A stretch of DNA of 64,000 nucleotides from Octopus vulgaris (GCA_951406725.2 OX597832.1:68448001-68512000); one strand, 5' to 3'; numbered from the stretch's first letter, positions 11,773 through 26,665 are shown. Notes: generated by a model from the sequence alone, not told the origin. Made by a program: numbers and translations.

Positions 11773-12971
11773 CTAAACATAAAAACGTAAGAAAATATTA
11801 AAATGGTTCTTGATTTTCGTGCAATGTGGCTCAGATTCTACATTTTGCTTATCCTTTGGGGGTTACCACTGGATCTGTAATGGAGCAGATATAGGAATTT
11901 ATTAAGGACTGACTGCCCAGCCCTAAACTCGCAGGTAACATGTTGTGCAAGAAAGCTCATTGATGATTTCCTATTTGTATGTGTGTGTGTGTTTGTGAGT
12001 GAATGTGTGCACATGCAAATGGTCAATATATGTGTATCCAAATCCAGGAATATTATTTGTCTTGCTCAATGAGAAAACCAGAAGATTGTGAGAGGTTTCT
12101 TCAGTGGCTTTAGCTAGAATATTAGTTATGGTCATCATCATTACAAATGCTGAACATCCATGTAATGCCATGATATAATGTCAGTTGACTAAACAATTTG
12201 TATATATCATGTAATGTCAATAACCGACTTAAACTGTCTTTTGGGTCTCCTTCCTTAAGAAACAGAAGAAAACACTTATTTTTCCTTCACATATGTGTCA
12301 AGTCATAAATAAAATGGTGCTTTTTATCTCCATAGACATTTTTTCTGGACACCATGTATCCATTTTCATAAATTTCAGAATTTCTGTATACAAAAAATAA
12401 ACAAAGTTTTGAAATATCTTAAACCATTTCTGAGACTGTATGCTCATTTGGTAACAATAGTTGTGAAACCATGCAATTCTCTTTGCGAAAGTCATAACAA
12501 GTCTGTAAACATATATGTAATTCACCCATCACACATTTAATCATTTGTCAAATTGAATTTGTTTTCTGATGTAAAAAAAAAGTTATTCAACATATTTTGT
12601 GTATAAATAATTATTATACTTTATAAATAAATAGTGTGAAATATCTATGTATGCAGACATAGTCATTTAATTAATTGTGAGCCTAGTTTGGTGTGTAGGA
12701 TATATCTACATGTAAATACATATGTATGTATATGTCTATGTGTGTGCAAGTATGTACACACACATACATATACACACTAGCACACACATAAGTGTATGAA
12801 GAGATGTCTCTATGTAAGCATATTAGTGGATTTTTTTTTACATGGATGCTTTAAATTATTCATGTCTCTCTATTTTGAGGCAAAACATATTTAATTTAAC
12901 TCCAACTATGTGTAACACTTTATAAACGATATTATATACAATAATATACAATGCTATATATATATATATCC

Positions 12972-13032
<61 letters not shown>

Positions 13033-13055
13033 AATATATATATATCCCTATATGT

Positions 13056-13118
<63 letters not shown>

Positions 13119-13916
13119 CATCTAAATATATAGATACATACAGCTGCCTTCGTCACTTTATATACACACACACACATATATATATTATACATACATAATA
13201 AGTTAATTATATGTAGAACAGTGTCTGTGTTAGCATATATGCAATTCAACTGCATTACCCATTTAAATAAGCTATTAATGTATTTTAATTTAAACCAAAC
13301 TTGGAATACTTTATTTAATTCTGTGCATAAATACAAGTTTATTTAAAATATAGCTACTTATATTTATAATTAAAATGCTAACGTATGCATATATGTGATA
13401 TGAATGCATATCTTAATTCAACCATTTGCGAGTCTGAAAGGAAACGTGGTCAGATAAGACATTCCCTATTTTATATGTGATATTTACTTTACTTAATAAA
13501 TTCTATTCAAAGACTGAATGCATAAAATTAAGGTTCGGATATCACCTAAGATTCCTCAACAGTTGAGAGAGAGAGGGGGGGGGAGAGTGAGTGAGAGAGA
13601 GAGAGATTAGTTTGATGTTTGATTATTTGCAGATCAGCCTTAATATACATAGATAAATGTGGGAGCATGTAAATACTTGGTACACATAGGTACTTGTGCA
13701 TATATCCAAGTGACACGCGTGCACACACACACTCACACACACATAGAGAACAATTATGAAGTTATATCAAGATGTGTGATGAAGTAGTTTGTTTCACAGA
13801 CACACAGATTCACTTTCTCTACACGTCACCTTAGGCAAGTATCTTCTACTACAGATTTGGTTGTTGATGCAAATTGAAAGAAAAACATTGTGTGTGTGTA
13901 TATGTATATATATATT

Positions 13917-14320
13917 TTCTTTAATTCTTTTACTTGTTTCAGTCATTTGACTGTGGCCATGCCGGAGCTCCACCTTTACTTGAGTAAGTCGACCCCAGGA
14001 CTTATTCTTTGTAAGCTTGGTACTTATTCTATTGGTCTCTTTTGTTGAACTGCTAAGTAATAGGCACCAACACTGATTGCCACACCTACATCGATTGCCA
14101 AGCGACAATGGAGGGATAAACACAGACACACAATCATACATAAATATACATATATATACAACAGGCCTCTTTCAGTTTCTGTCTACCAAATCCACTCACA
14201 AAGCTTTGGCTGGCCTGAGGCTATAGTAGAAGACACTTGCGCAAGGTGCTGTGGAGTGGAATGAGAACCTGGAACCATGTGGTTGGGAAGTAAGCTTCTT
14301 ACCACACAGCCACTCCTGCA

Positions 14321-14322
<2 letters not shown>
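13917..14322 (-). mobile_element. OR2-like CORE tRNA-SINE
   Basis: Reverse complement of ggtgcaggagtggctgtgtggtaag (A box), ttccaggttc (B box), ccttgcgcaagtgtcttct (CORE-like), 3' cagtcaaatgactgaaacaagtaaaaga. Confidence 0.85.
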
Positions 14323-14362
<40 letters not shown>

Positions 14363-14365
<3 letters not shown>

Positions 14366-14725
14366 CTGTGTGGTAAGAACCTTGCTTCCCCATCACATGG
14401 TCTTGAGTTCAGTCACAGTGTATGGCACCTTAGGCAAGTGTCATCTACTATAGCCTTGGGCTGATCAAAGCCTTGTGAGTGGATTTGGTAGATGGAAACA
14501 GAAAAAAGCCAGTCGTGTGTGTGTGTGTGTGTTTGTCCCTCACCACTGCTTGACAATTGGTGTTGGTGTGTCCCTGTAACTTAGCAGTTCAGCAAAGGAG
14601 ACAGATAGAATAAGTACTAGGCTTGAAATATAGATCAAGAGGTTGATTTGTTCAACCAAAACCCTTCAAACCAGTGCCCCAGCATGACCGTAGTCAAATG
14701 ACTGAAGCCAGTGAAGGATAAAAGA
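14363..14725 (+). mobile_element. OR2-like CORE tRNA-SINE, head-to-head with previous copy
   Basis: gctgtgtggtaagaa..gagttcagtc..ccttaggcaagtgtc..gtcaaatgactgaa. Confidence 0.85.
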
Positions 14726-15224
14726 TAACGTATGTGTATCTAGACACAGATAGGCATGTTTGTGTATGCTTCTACCAAATTGTCTTGATGTCACATGATT
14801 GTTGTAAACAAGAGTTACCTTCATACAAGCAGTGTCATTCATTTTCAATCTTCCATAAAAACATGTCTAGGCATGGGGTAGTATTATGTAGCCTGGAAAC
14901 AAGTGAGGGCTGGCAACAGAAAGAGTATCTGGCCATAGAAAAATCTTTTTCTATGAATTGAAAGTGAGTGTTGAAGTTCATAACTTCATTGCTTTCACAG
15001 CCAGTATAAACAGAAGAAAACTTTCCTTTTACAATATGTGGCTTTATAAAGCTTTAGTTTATGGAGATAAGATCGCTTTTGCAAACAGAAGTTAAACGGA
15101 AGTTTTATAGAGTTTACTAAAAATTCATTGAAAGATAGATTCTTGCAACACGTTAAAACAACTAGAAAAATGCTTCCCCACATCTCAATACAAGTACATC
15201 TGGAGTTTAGAAAACGATAATACT

Positions 15225-15460
15225 AAGATTTATTTCCTCAGTTGGTCTGTCATCATGTTCTCTTCACTGAGGATGTGGCTGGATTGATGGATCTTGTTAG
15301 TCAACCACATGCTGTATGGTTGCAGCAGATGAGGAGGTACCTTGTGGAGGTTGGAACTGACTGGGACTCTGCTAGACAGCTTGTCTGGGATGATACTGAA
15401 AAATGGCTGATGCGGCAATGCACTGCAACAGTACATGCCTCCACACTTGAACTAACCTGG
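15225..15460 (+). mobile_element. 3' end of a divergent RTE-type LINE
   Basis: HHVLFTEDVAG..QPHAVWLQQMRRYLVEVGTDWDSARQL..MRQCTATVHAST then cttgaactaacctg tail; resembles GRP..WLRQ..AAT.C RTE C-termini ending in (ACCTG)n. Confidence 0.6.
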
Positions 15461-17572
15461 TTTATTACAGAACAAACATCCTCTGTATTAAGGACTCTAG
15501 AAGACATCATCTTTGTCTCTCAGAGACATACAATTTCCAAAGATCACAACTGCTCAGTTCTTTGGTGTAATTTATTGAGGAATTTTCAAACACCAACTGG
15601 CTAAAATGCCTCATTTCCTTCATGCTAAATCTGCTATTTACTGAATAATGGTCGCATATTGAGAAAAAAAATCAACAAATAGTTTGGCATCAACTTTAAA
15701 ATCACATTAACAATTGCCACCTTCCTTGTTTTTACTCGACACATAAATAGCACTATTGATGGTGCCACAAAACAAAAAAAAGCACCCAGTACACTCTGTA
15801 AAGTGGTTGGTATTAGGAAAGGCATCAGTTGTAGAAACCAAAACAGATGATGGAAACTGGTGCAGCTCCTGCCTTTGCCAGCTTCAGTGAAAAATATTGA
15901 AATCATGCCAGTATGGAAAAACAGCTTTAAACACAACTGCTGCTGCAGTTGTTGATGATGATGATGATTATGATGACGATGATGTATATAGCAATCAAGA
16001 ATACAGTGCCAGAAATAAATAACAATTGGTCAATAGGGTCAACTAAAACCAATGAAGATTTTGCTTTTGCAAGGCCACAGTCCAAAAATTGGAACTTGTA
16101 AAAGAGTGAGAACAAAAACATCAACAAAAAAATCACAACATAAAGAAGACAGAAAAATGGCATCAGTCTGGTGGAAGAATGAAGAAATAATAAGTGGTAA
16201 ACTAAAGAATTGATGATTCTGTTGAAGTTACATATCAACCATTCTGGAATTGTAATTAGAACAAGTATGCTAATTAGAAATGTAATTAGTGGAAATATTT
16301 GTTTAACACGGGGTTGGCGCTGGGGTCGACAGCATAGGTGATGGCAAAGATGACCGTGACGATGATAACGAACAATTATGATGGTGGTGGTGGTGGTGGT
16401 GATGAAAGTGATGACAATGATGATGATGACATTGAGGAAGAGGAAGTGATGGTAAAGGAAGGTGATGCTGCCACTAATGACAATTATGATGACAACAGCA
16501 ATGACTACGATGGTGATGACAGCAATGATGACAGCCTTCCACTTGATAATGGCTAAAGTGCCAGTTCCTGGCAGATAATGAGTTCAATCAATGTGCCGAG
16601 TGCACATTGAAGTAACGCATGTGCACTTAAGTAAATTATTTTGGTATGATGAGCAAAGTAAATTAAAGGTGAACTGTGACACTAAAAATGCCAAAGGTGA
16701 CAGAATATATTTGCAGAAGGATTCTATAGATTGCTGCTGCAGCTGTTGCTGCCGCTGTTGCCATTGTTTGTCTTGCTGAAGATCATTTCAAACTTTTTGT
16801 GATTTTAGAAGCAAAATATATGTTAATGGTGAAGATGGAGAGAAGGAAAGAAGAAAACTGAGTTAGGATGAGAGAATGGGAGTGGTCGGAGGGGATAGGG
16901 GGGATATGTGCCTTGGAGTGTTTCTATGAACATTTGGGCATGGGTTGAACTATGTGTCTGAGTGGGTGGGTTCGGGGGTGTTGGGTGAAAAAGAGTGCGT
17001 ATGCAAATATGTGTGTGAGAGAGATGTGCATCTGCATATATGTTGCATATGCAAGAGAGAAGCAGTGAGAGAGAGAGAGAGGGGAGTGTGTGTGTGTGCA
17101 CGTGTTTGAGAGAGATAACGTATATGTGTATCTGTGTGAGATTCTGTATGAGTCAGTGTATGTATGTATGTATGTGTGTGCTTGTGTGTACTGTGTGGTG
17201 TGTGTGCGTGTGTGTGAACATGCATATGAATATATATGTGTGTGAGTCTGTAGGAAGTAATGTGTATAACAGAGAGAAAGAGAGTGTGTGTGCATACAAA
17301 AGTAATAAAATGTGTGAGCTTCCCTATAGGCCACTATGTGTGTGTGTGTGTACACACACATACACACAACACATATACATGAGTTTGAATAATATGCTAC
17401 GCATTGTGTGTGTATGTGCATGCATACCTGTGTGCACCTGTGGGAGAATGAGAAGTGAATAAAAGTACAACCAGGAGTATATATGGGTGTAAGCAATGCA
17501 TTGCAGTGGGAAAGGTTGTACACTCTTTTCTTTTATATACGTTTGTAAACTATGTATGTATATATATATATT

Positions 17573-17620
<48 letters not shown>

Positions 17621-17657
17621 TGTGTATGTCTATATATGAAAATATATATATGCATAA

Positions 17658-17703
<46 letters not shown>

Positions 17704-18050
17704 GGAGAGAGAGATAGATAGATAGATACACACACATACACACACATGCGCACACATCATAGATAAACACAAGTATATTCCTAGATTCTAACTTGTGAGT
17801 TTTTATCTCTCCCCCCACCATCACTGCCACCGTCCAATTCTGCTAAATCTGTCCAATATTTTCTTTTTTCCATTATTCAAGAGTAATTAAATAATCTTTA
17901 AAATGATTTAAAATTTCTTTTAGTTAGACTGCACATAAGATTTCTGAGCTATTTTCAGTTTACAACATACACAGACACATATATATATGCATATATACAT
18001 ATGTGTATATACTTATACACACACACACACATATATATATATATACATAT

Positions 18051-18113
<63 letters not shown>

Positions 18114-20054
18114 TACATATACAAATATTTATGAATATACATGCATTTGCACACAAGCACACACACACACCTATACATATATATATACACATGTAGATGC
18201 ATATGTGTGTGTGTGTACATACTGTCCAACTCATGCCAGCATAGAAAACAGATATATAATAATGATGATGCTGATGATATACATACACATATATATGAAT
18301 GTACACATACACACACACACTCACTCACACACAGGTGTGTGTGTTACCATGAACAGAATAAGACTACTCTATCCATATAGAATTTATTATATTATCAAAG
18401 TCGTAGTGAACGTTTTACCAATTTTCAGAGCAACAACAAAAATCTTAGCTTCTAGCAATCATCAGGTGGCTCCTGATAATGTTATCATGTGATATTGTGG
18501 CACTGTAATGCCATTTCATTGCTGCTTCTGAAAGTAGAACATGATGGAAGTGGTTGGTAAAATTTCATTGCTTTGAGGTTGTTTTACTCCATTAGGTTAA
18601 ACAAGTGAATTTCTAGTAAAGCAAAATGTGGTACAAAAATGGAAGAATCTGCTAGAAAACCCTTCGTTTTATTAAACAGAAATTAGCAACGCTAAATGTT
18701 TCTTTGCCTTTATAAATCAGTTTTGGTCGACCATCATTACTAAAAATTTATTCAACACAAATATTTATAATTTGAAACTAACTTTGTAAGTAACTGGAAG
18801 AGTAAGAGAAGGAAGTACTCAATATCTGGTGTTAAATATATTCTTTATTGAAACTGATTTTTCTTTCTTTTAACTCCAGCCTCATTGAACTGTTGTTGTC
18901 AGCTAGCTGACTCATTGTCATCATCATCATCATTTGATGTCTGTTTTCCATGCTGGCATGAGTTGAATGTTTTATCAGGGGCTGGTGAAGCCAAGAACTG
19001 TCACCAGGCTTCACTGTCTGTTCTGACACAATCTTTACAGCTGGATGCCCTTCATAATGCCAACCACTTTACAGAGCATACTGCATCCTTTTTTACATGA
19101 CACCAGCACTAGTGCATTTTATGTGGCACTAGCACTGACAGGGGCCCCAAGTCTCTTGCAAGACAAAAGAGCTCTTGCCCTCAGAGCACCAGTTACCATG
19201 GCATTTGTGTGACAGAAATCACAAAATTTTCCAATAAGGGGATACTGGTCCTTCACAGGAGTCAAGGGCAGTAATTTTGAGGTGAGGGGACAATTGAATT
19301 ATTTCAGCTGTAGTACTTCACTGGTACTTTATTTTCTCAACTCACAGGATGAAAAGCTGTGTTAGTTGAATGCACAATGTAAGGAGGTATATTAAATACC
19401 ACAAGGTATGTTGTCTGACACTCCAATGTTTCTGCCACTTAAGAAATAACAGTAACAGCCAATTGTTTCAAAGTTTGGCTCAAGGCCAGAAATCTGAATG
19501 GGTGAGCACTAGTGGACTGCAACACAACCAGTACTTGAGTGATACTTATTTTCATCAACTCTTAAGAAATAAAAGGCAAAACTCAGCAGAATTTAAACTC
19601 AGAATGTGAAAAATTGGAACAAATATAAGATATTTTGTTGACCCTTCTAATGATTCTGTAAGTTCACCTGCTTGGTGGTGGTGGCAGTGGTAGTAGTAGT
19701 AGTAGTAGTTTCTATTCTAGGTACATGACTTGGAATTTAGGGTAGGAGGAGGTGGTCTAGTCAGTTTCCTTTGCCCAGTATTTGACCTGTGCTTATTTTA
19801 TTGATGCCAAATGGATGAAAGACAAAGCTGACCTCAACAGAATTTGAAATCAGAATGTTAATGTAGAAGAAATGCTGAGCTGCCTTTTCACCGATGTGCT
19901 AATGATTCCACCAGCTCATTGTCATAGAAATAATAATAATAATAACAATAATAATATGCTTGAATACTCTGGAAGGTGCTCAAAAAATAAGAAGTGTTAC
20001 CTTAGCTCACTGGTAGTGAACAGCTCTAGTGTTAGAAGCTGTGCAAAGGCAATA

Positions 20055-20109
<55 letters not shown>

Positions 20110-20111
<2 letters not shown>

Positions 20112-20305
20112 GATATAGACAAATGGCTGAAGGATATTGGAATAGAATGTTCTTTAGATCTTCTGCAGGAAAGATTATCAGAAGGGTTTTAAGCACTTGA
20201 AAGACTATTGAATGATTGTGGATACCTAAAGTTACAGGTAGTAACCCGCTACATACAGAAGTCCTATCCGGAATAACACTGAACTTGAGTGGAATCAATA
20301 ATAAT
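20110..20305 (+). mobile_element. Dong/R4-like LINE 3' fragment in (TAA)n
   Basis: DIDKWLKDIGIECSLDLLQ C-terminal peptide directly after (AAT)n and ending in aataataa. Confidence 0.55.
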
Positions 20306-21188
20306 TATGATAACAAAAAATAAAGAGATAAATAAATAAATAGATAAATAAATAAATAGATAAATAAAGTCAATGGAGGGAAACAGGAGATTAGCAGAGA
20401 TAGGAACTTTCCTGGTATTTCGTATCTGATCTTTTATTAAATATGTGTAAGTCTCCAGCAGAAAAAGATGACAAAAAACAAAACAAGCATTAGATGGAAA
20501 TAATTTAAGATGAATGAAAAGCAAAGTACAAATAACATGAGAGGGTAGATTCAATGTTGTCTTGTCTTCCTCACAAATGAGAAAACATAAAATTCTACTT
20601 GATAATGAGGGCAGCTCTAACGCTTATAAATGGCAGCAAGACAGGATTGATAGCTTTTTGAATTGTAGAAATTCTTCATTACCATTCTTCTTATTATTAT
20701 TCGTTTTCTTTCCTATGAGAAAAGGAAAAACAGACCACACACACACATATATGTATATGTGTGTGTGTATAAATATACATGAATGTGGTTGTGTGTGTGT
20801 GTAGAGAGAGAGAGAGAGAAAGATGTATTTACAAAAGCACACATATGTAATTATATACATATAGGTGTTTTATAATACACATACACACATGTTAGAAGTC
20901 CATACACACATACACACACAATTTGTAAAAGATCCTAATGTCTTTTGTTTGATTTCTGATTTGTTGTACAAGGATACTTTTTACTTGAAATTCCAGCACC
21001 ACCGGATATCAGAGAGGTCTTTGCATTATTGAATAAGGTGTTTACATTTTAGAAAACACACAACCACACACGTACGTGTGTGTGTGTACGTTTGTACATA
21101 TATATATATGTATATATATATACATATATATATACACATACATATACACATACACATATTTACATATATATATATATATATATATATA

Positions 21189-21978
21189 CAACAATTGAGG
21201 GTAAAATTAATTAATTATTAATCAATTTCACCAAGTGTTCAGTATGCAAAGGGACCATTTAAGGCGAATTCAAATTATTACATTATATAAAAGGGCTTAT
21301 TAAAATAAATTACTTCGCCGCATATTGAGAGAGATTTTCTTTAAGTATTAGAAATAGCTTTAAAAAAGTTTTTTAGCTGCTATTTCTAATGAGTTCAGTA
21401 TGCGGCGAAGTAATTTATTTTACTAAGCCCTTTTATATAATGTAATAATTTGAATTCGCCTTAAATGGTCCCTTTGCATACTGAACACTTGGTGAAATTG
21501 ATTAATAATTAATTAATTTTACCCTCAATTGTTGAAATTATAATTAATCTCCTCTAATTATTGCTTCGGATTTTACCGAAATAAGCATTGCGTTTGATGA
21601 TTTTAACCCACGCTGGTGGAAAGGGGAGAACAGAAATGATTCACTTGCTTATTTGGGTTTGCTGGCACTGTTAGTTAAGAGCGGATCTTCGAAAGGGGTA
21701 TGTTCTTACTTTCAGTGTTTCCAAATCCAAACCAAGGAATTTATGAGCTGAAGAGAGAAATGTTGTTTTGACTAATCTTGAAACGTACGTACTCAAATAA
21801 CCTTAGCATTTGATTTTTAATGTCCTTACCCCCAAACTTTTGTGAGTTGAATTAAGCAAGCGCTATATATGAGAGAGATTTTCTTTAAGTATTAGAAATA
21901 GCTTTAAAAAAAGTTTTTTAGCTGCTATTTCTAATGAGTTCAGTATGCGGCGAAGTAATTTATTTTACTAAGCCCTTT

Positions 21979-21986
<8 letters not shown>
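21189..21986 (+). mobile_element. ORF-less Penelope-like element: 140-bp inverted arm plus 544-bp monomer with 115-bp partial tandem repeat
   Basis: 21189-21328 inverted to 21395-21534 (~2 mismatches); 21327-21441 directly repeated at 21871-21986; (TA)n both sides; contains HHR. Confidence 0.85.
21744..21795 (+). ncRNA. Type I hammerhead ribozyme, intact core
   Basis: tgag-CTGAAGA-gaga..tctt-GAAAC-gtac-GTA-ctca; palindromic stem III ACGTACGT; predicted cut after A21791. Confidence 0.8.
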
Positions 21987-22035
<49 letters not shown>

Positions 22036-24543
22036 CATATATGTGTTTTTGAAAACATATATCTACATACATATATACATACATATATAGATACATGCAT
22101 GCATGTGTACATACATACATACATACATACATACATACATACATACATACATACATACAACTCGCACATACATATATAAGAAAATTCTTTACATTTAGAC
22201 TGAACTGTCTCTCCTTGAAAATTTCTGATATTGCTAAATGGGAGACAGTTAAAGAAAAAAGAAAATTATCCTTGAAATGTTGAATGAAAAATAAATTCCT
22301 TCATAGAAAATGGCAGTTGCTGTTACATGGCACTGGTGGCCATTTTGCAGCTAGCTTATTCTCTGGTAATTTGAGTTCAGTTCTGTTCCAGGAGAGTGTT
22401 TTTAGTTTTTACTGGTTTCAGCTATTGGACTGCAGTTATGATTGAGAAAATTATCATGACATATACACAACAATGTTTAGCCTGTTGAATCTTAAACACA
22501 CAGGAACACACAGACAGATACATATGCTAAGAGTGTCAGGAACAAAAGTTTAGAATGGTCAAGCCCTCTTGAGTAAAGTGCTGCAGAAATATTTGTTTTT
22601 TTTGTTTGTATTATTATGAACTGTGATAATGATTATTATAGAATAGCTAAAAAACAACACAGTGTGTGGGATCATAGACGATGAGGGGCAGTAAATAGAG
22701 ATTTTATGAAATATTTTTATATTTAAATGTTAAACATGGAACTTTCCAGATTTCACACGAATAACCTTGGGGGGAAAAGTAAAAAGAATCTATTTCTGAG
22801 TCTTTAGATGTGTTGTCAATTTTCCACCTTTTTGGGTTTTTTCTTCCTCTTTTGGAAGTAATTTGGCAAATGTAAAATTTAATTTTAGCGAATTATATTC
22901 ATATACTTATATGTTACAGTATTAGCCTTTGGAAATTTCCTTAACCACTTATGAGACTTTTTAATATACCTATAGTGTTGGTCATTATCCAGATGTCTGT
23001 GGAAACATTTCATTTTGGCTGCTACTAAATATATTATCAATCAATTCTCAATCTGATCAGCTAATTTCCTACTATTTTACAAGTTGCAATATTGAATTTG
23101 AACTCCAGCCAAAACATTGATACTTTATTAATTGCTGTTTATATAACTGTCTTAAAATTTATTTAAAAAGCTCTTACACTAGCTTATTGATATTGTTAGA
23201 GCAAAGAGCAGCAGCAGCAGCAGAGCACTACAAAAGCTACATGTAGACAGGGAGAACATCACCATACACACTGCTAATGACATATGCCCTGCAGACCAGT
23301 GTGCTTTCTGATGAGAAAGACCGGTTTTGCTGAAAAACTCTGGCACTAAACTAAAGACTGTCTGGCCATTTTTGAGATTTAATGACAAGCCATTACAACT
23401 GTAGCAATGGACGTTGATGGCTTAATTAGAGACTCTGCAGATGATTACACTGGAATGACCAAATGACTAATATGCATGGCCACAGGAATAGAAGAGACTA
23501 AAAAAGAAGGAAAGAGATATTTATAGAAATATTTAATCAAATACTTACATAATCTCAGAATAACGGCAGATTGTTTACCTTTCATTAAAGTATCACTGAG
23601 CAAGAATATTTTAACAGAAAGAGAGACATGGACAAACAAAAATATAGAAATCAGTACAATTGAGATACTAATTTACTTTTAGATTTCTGGTCAGTCCTTG
23701 ACAGCAACGAACTAAAAGAATAAAGGACACAGATAACAAGATGATATGTAAACATTGCCTTAACGTCCACTTCTCCATGCTTGCATGGATAGGAACCCTC
23801 ACCTATTTCCAAATGCAACAATTTTATTATGGCCTGGTTCCAACCCAGGCAACAGCTATAAAGACTACCGAATGCACTTCTTGGTCCATCATCACTGTCT
23901 TGAGGTCCTAGATACATTCCAAGCCAATGTCTGTAATCAAGTTTTCAATGTAAGTGTGATGACCTTTACCTCTTCACCATGAAGTTGGTTCGAAAGCAAT
24001 GTTTTTCCATGACTAGATATGCTTTTGTGCAATATTGGAAAAGATGGTATGAAGGAGACACTTGTTTACAATTGTTGTCACACAATGTCAAGACAAGGAG
24101 ATAGTACCATCAGTTCTTGATAAATGCCTAGCAAACCTTCCTAGTGTCCTCCTAATATAGAAAACTATTATTGAGGCACCCAAACCAGTTATATCTCACT
24201 GCACATACATTTTTTCATCTCATTCCACACTCAGTGTGGTCTTTAGGAAGTGAATGGAGAAAAAAAGAGGCAAAATTGCATAAAAGCCAATTGATAGTGG
24301 TGGCCACCTATGCATTACATATGAAAATGGATATGTATCTATGAGAATTTACATATTCAAACTGTATTCAGGTGGGAAATATACGTTTCTGAAATTTGGA
24401 AGAATTTACAAGAAACAAAACAAAAAAGATGTAGACACTAATTTGATAATCCTTTGAATCAGGCTGTTATATACACTTTTCACATTCCGTTCTTAATACA
24501 CACACACATTATGCAAACACAGTTTTTACATGTACGCATATAG

Positions 24544-24615
<72 letters not shown>

Positions 24616-26429
24616 TGCATACACACACACACAAACACACATATGCATATATATTTACAGGATATATGTTTGTGTAAGCATTCATAATTGTCGAATAAAA
24701 ATGCTACTTACAGTAGCTTAAGAACTTGCTACTAGTTTTGTTTGTTGTTAAATATCATACATGCAATTTAGAATCATTTTACTTTTTTTGTTAAACCCTA
24801 ATTGTATAATCATTATTAAAAGAAGGCAAGACTGACATCCAGGAAAAAACATAATGATGAGGAGGAGGGTAGAATAAATCATATAAGGGGTAGTTAGTAG
24901 CTCAATTCGGAGTGCTTTCTAGAATATAAACGTTTGCTCCACTGTTGACCAGATATGGAATCATGTCACAGAGTGTGAATGAGGAAAAGAAAAGAATTTG
25001 TCATAATGCAATTAATTAGTGACAGAATTAATGAAACCAGAGTGAGATTAACATACCACAGATCTAATATGGTGATGATAGGATGATTTGAGCCTACAGT
25101 TATAGTTCAGGCTCTTAAACAAGGGAAATAACTATGCAAACACCAATTATTTTATTGACAAAATTTGTTTCCTTTTGAAATCATGAGTGAACATTAAAAA
25201 GTAGGAAGGGAATTATAACATGTGACAAAAAATGTTACAAACAAACCAAAAAATTTCAGAAGGGAACAATTTCTTCAAGAAAAAAAAGATATTTCTTATT
25301 AATCAATGCAAGCAGGGAAAAATGGAAGTAAAAAAAATGGCAAAAAGCCCTGGCAAAAGCAATAACTATTATGTTTTAAAGTTATTCCTCTTCTTCTTAC
25401 ATACCATTGTCTAATATGTTATTTTATTAGTTTCAAGGTCATAATATTCCAGCAGAATATTCAAGGGGTCGGGTTATTTTGCATGCAATCTACAATGGTT
25501 TCCTAAGGTACTTCAGCTAACATGTCTTTGCAGTCATAGAGGTTCACAATGGTGATTTGTTGCTGCTTATATTGTATGGAAATGTAAAGAGTGGATATTA
25601 CATATCCATATAATGATATCTTATCTACTTGTTGAATCAATGTCCAATAAAGAGTGAAGGTGAGAAGAAGTGTAACACATATGAATCACTAAACACCATG
25701 AAACTGGTTCTGTTGTTTTGGGGTGTTATTATTATTTTGTTGTTGTTGTTGTTTTTTGTCCATTAATAAAACACGGAATACAATCCCTCCTCTAAACTGT
25801 AATGGAGAATTATTCACTATAAGAACAGCCAGAAGAAAACATTCTCAGGTTTTATAAACTCTGATAACTATCACATCATCATTCTTATGTATCACTTTAA
25901 ATGGATGAATAGCTCAAGAGAGAAAAGAACATTACAGAATCTTGCTAAGTTGTGTTTTTTAATCTGTTTTTATTTTTTTTATCTGTGAAGCAGAAATATT
26001 CATAGTTAGTGCCTCGTATGTTTGGTTTATAATGGCCTTAAGAAGAACAGCTTATATTTTGTATGAGTTTCTGAACAGAGATTAAACTTACATTTACTTC
26101 TTAATTTCTTAAACATCTTCCTTGCCATGCTTCTGAGTTTTCCTATTGAAAAACTTTGATTCAAAAGAATCTGATAAGACCTCTGACTATTCCCTCAATA
26201 TGTTCAATGAAGCAGGAAAAGTTTCTTTAACAATTTGCCTGACGTTGTTAAATGTTTGGTGAAGTCATTTCAAGTCCTAAACTATTATGATTTGCTTTTC
26301 TCAATAACACAGATATTATGCTGACATTTACAAGTGGTGACTTGTTTTATGCATGAATCTGTAATCTCTGTGCTTAAGGTTGGCCAGGTAGATTTCACTT
26401 AGTACAAATGATAACAACAATAATAATAA

Positions 26430-26665
26430 CCTCTTTCAACTACAGGCACAAGACCTGAAATGTTCGAGAGGAGGATTGTTGATTACATTGAGCCCCCCTG
26501 CCTCCACCACCGCCACCAGTGTTTCACTGGAACTTCTTTCATAAACCCTGGAAGGATAACCAGTAGTGCTGACCTTGGCAGAATTTGAACTCAGAACATA
26601 AACACAGACAAAATGCTGCTAAGCATTTCATCCAGGATGCTTATAATTCTACCAGCTTGCTGCCT
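26430..26665 (-). mobile_element. tRNA-SINE of second family (OK/OR1-like)
   Basis: gaccttggcagaatttgaactcagaac..gctaagcatttc..taattctaccagcttgctgcctt; other copies at 19710-19915, 28450-28648, 28788-28935, 30833-31040, 31535-31634, 58205-58350. Confidence 0.7.

Noticed and set aside
15242-15604. 120-aa ORF as host gene exon
   Set aside because: Better explained as an RTE LINE C-terminus running into flanking DNA.
16338-16556. Acidic Asp/Gly-rich ORF
   Set aside because: Degenerate (GAT)/(GGT) trinucleotide repeat region.
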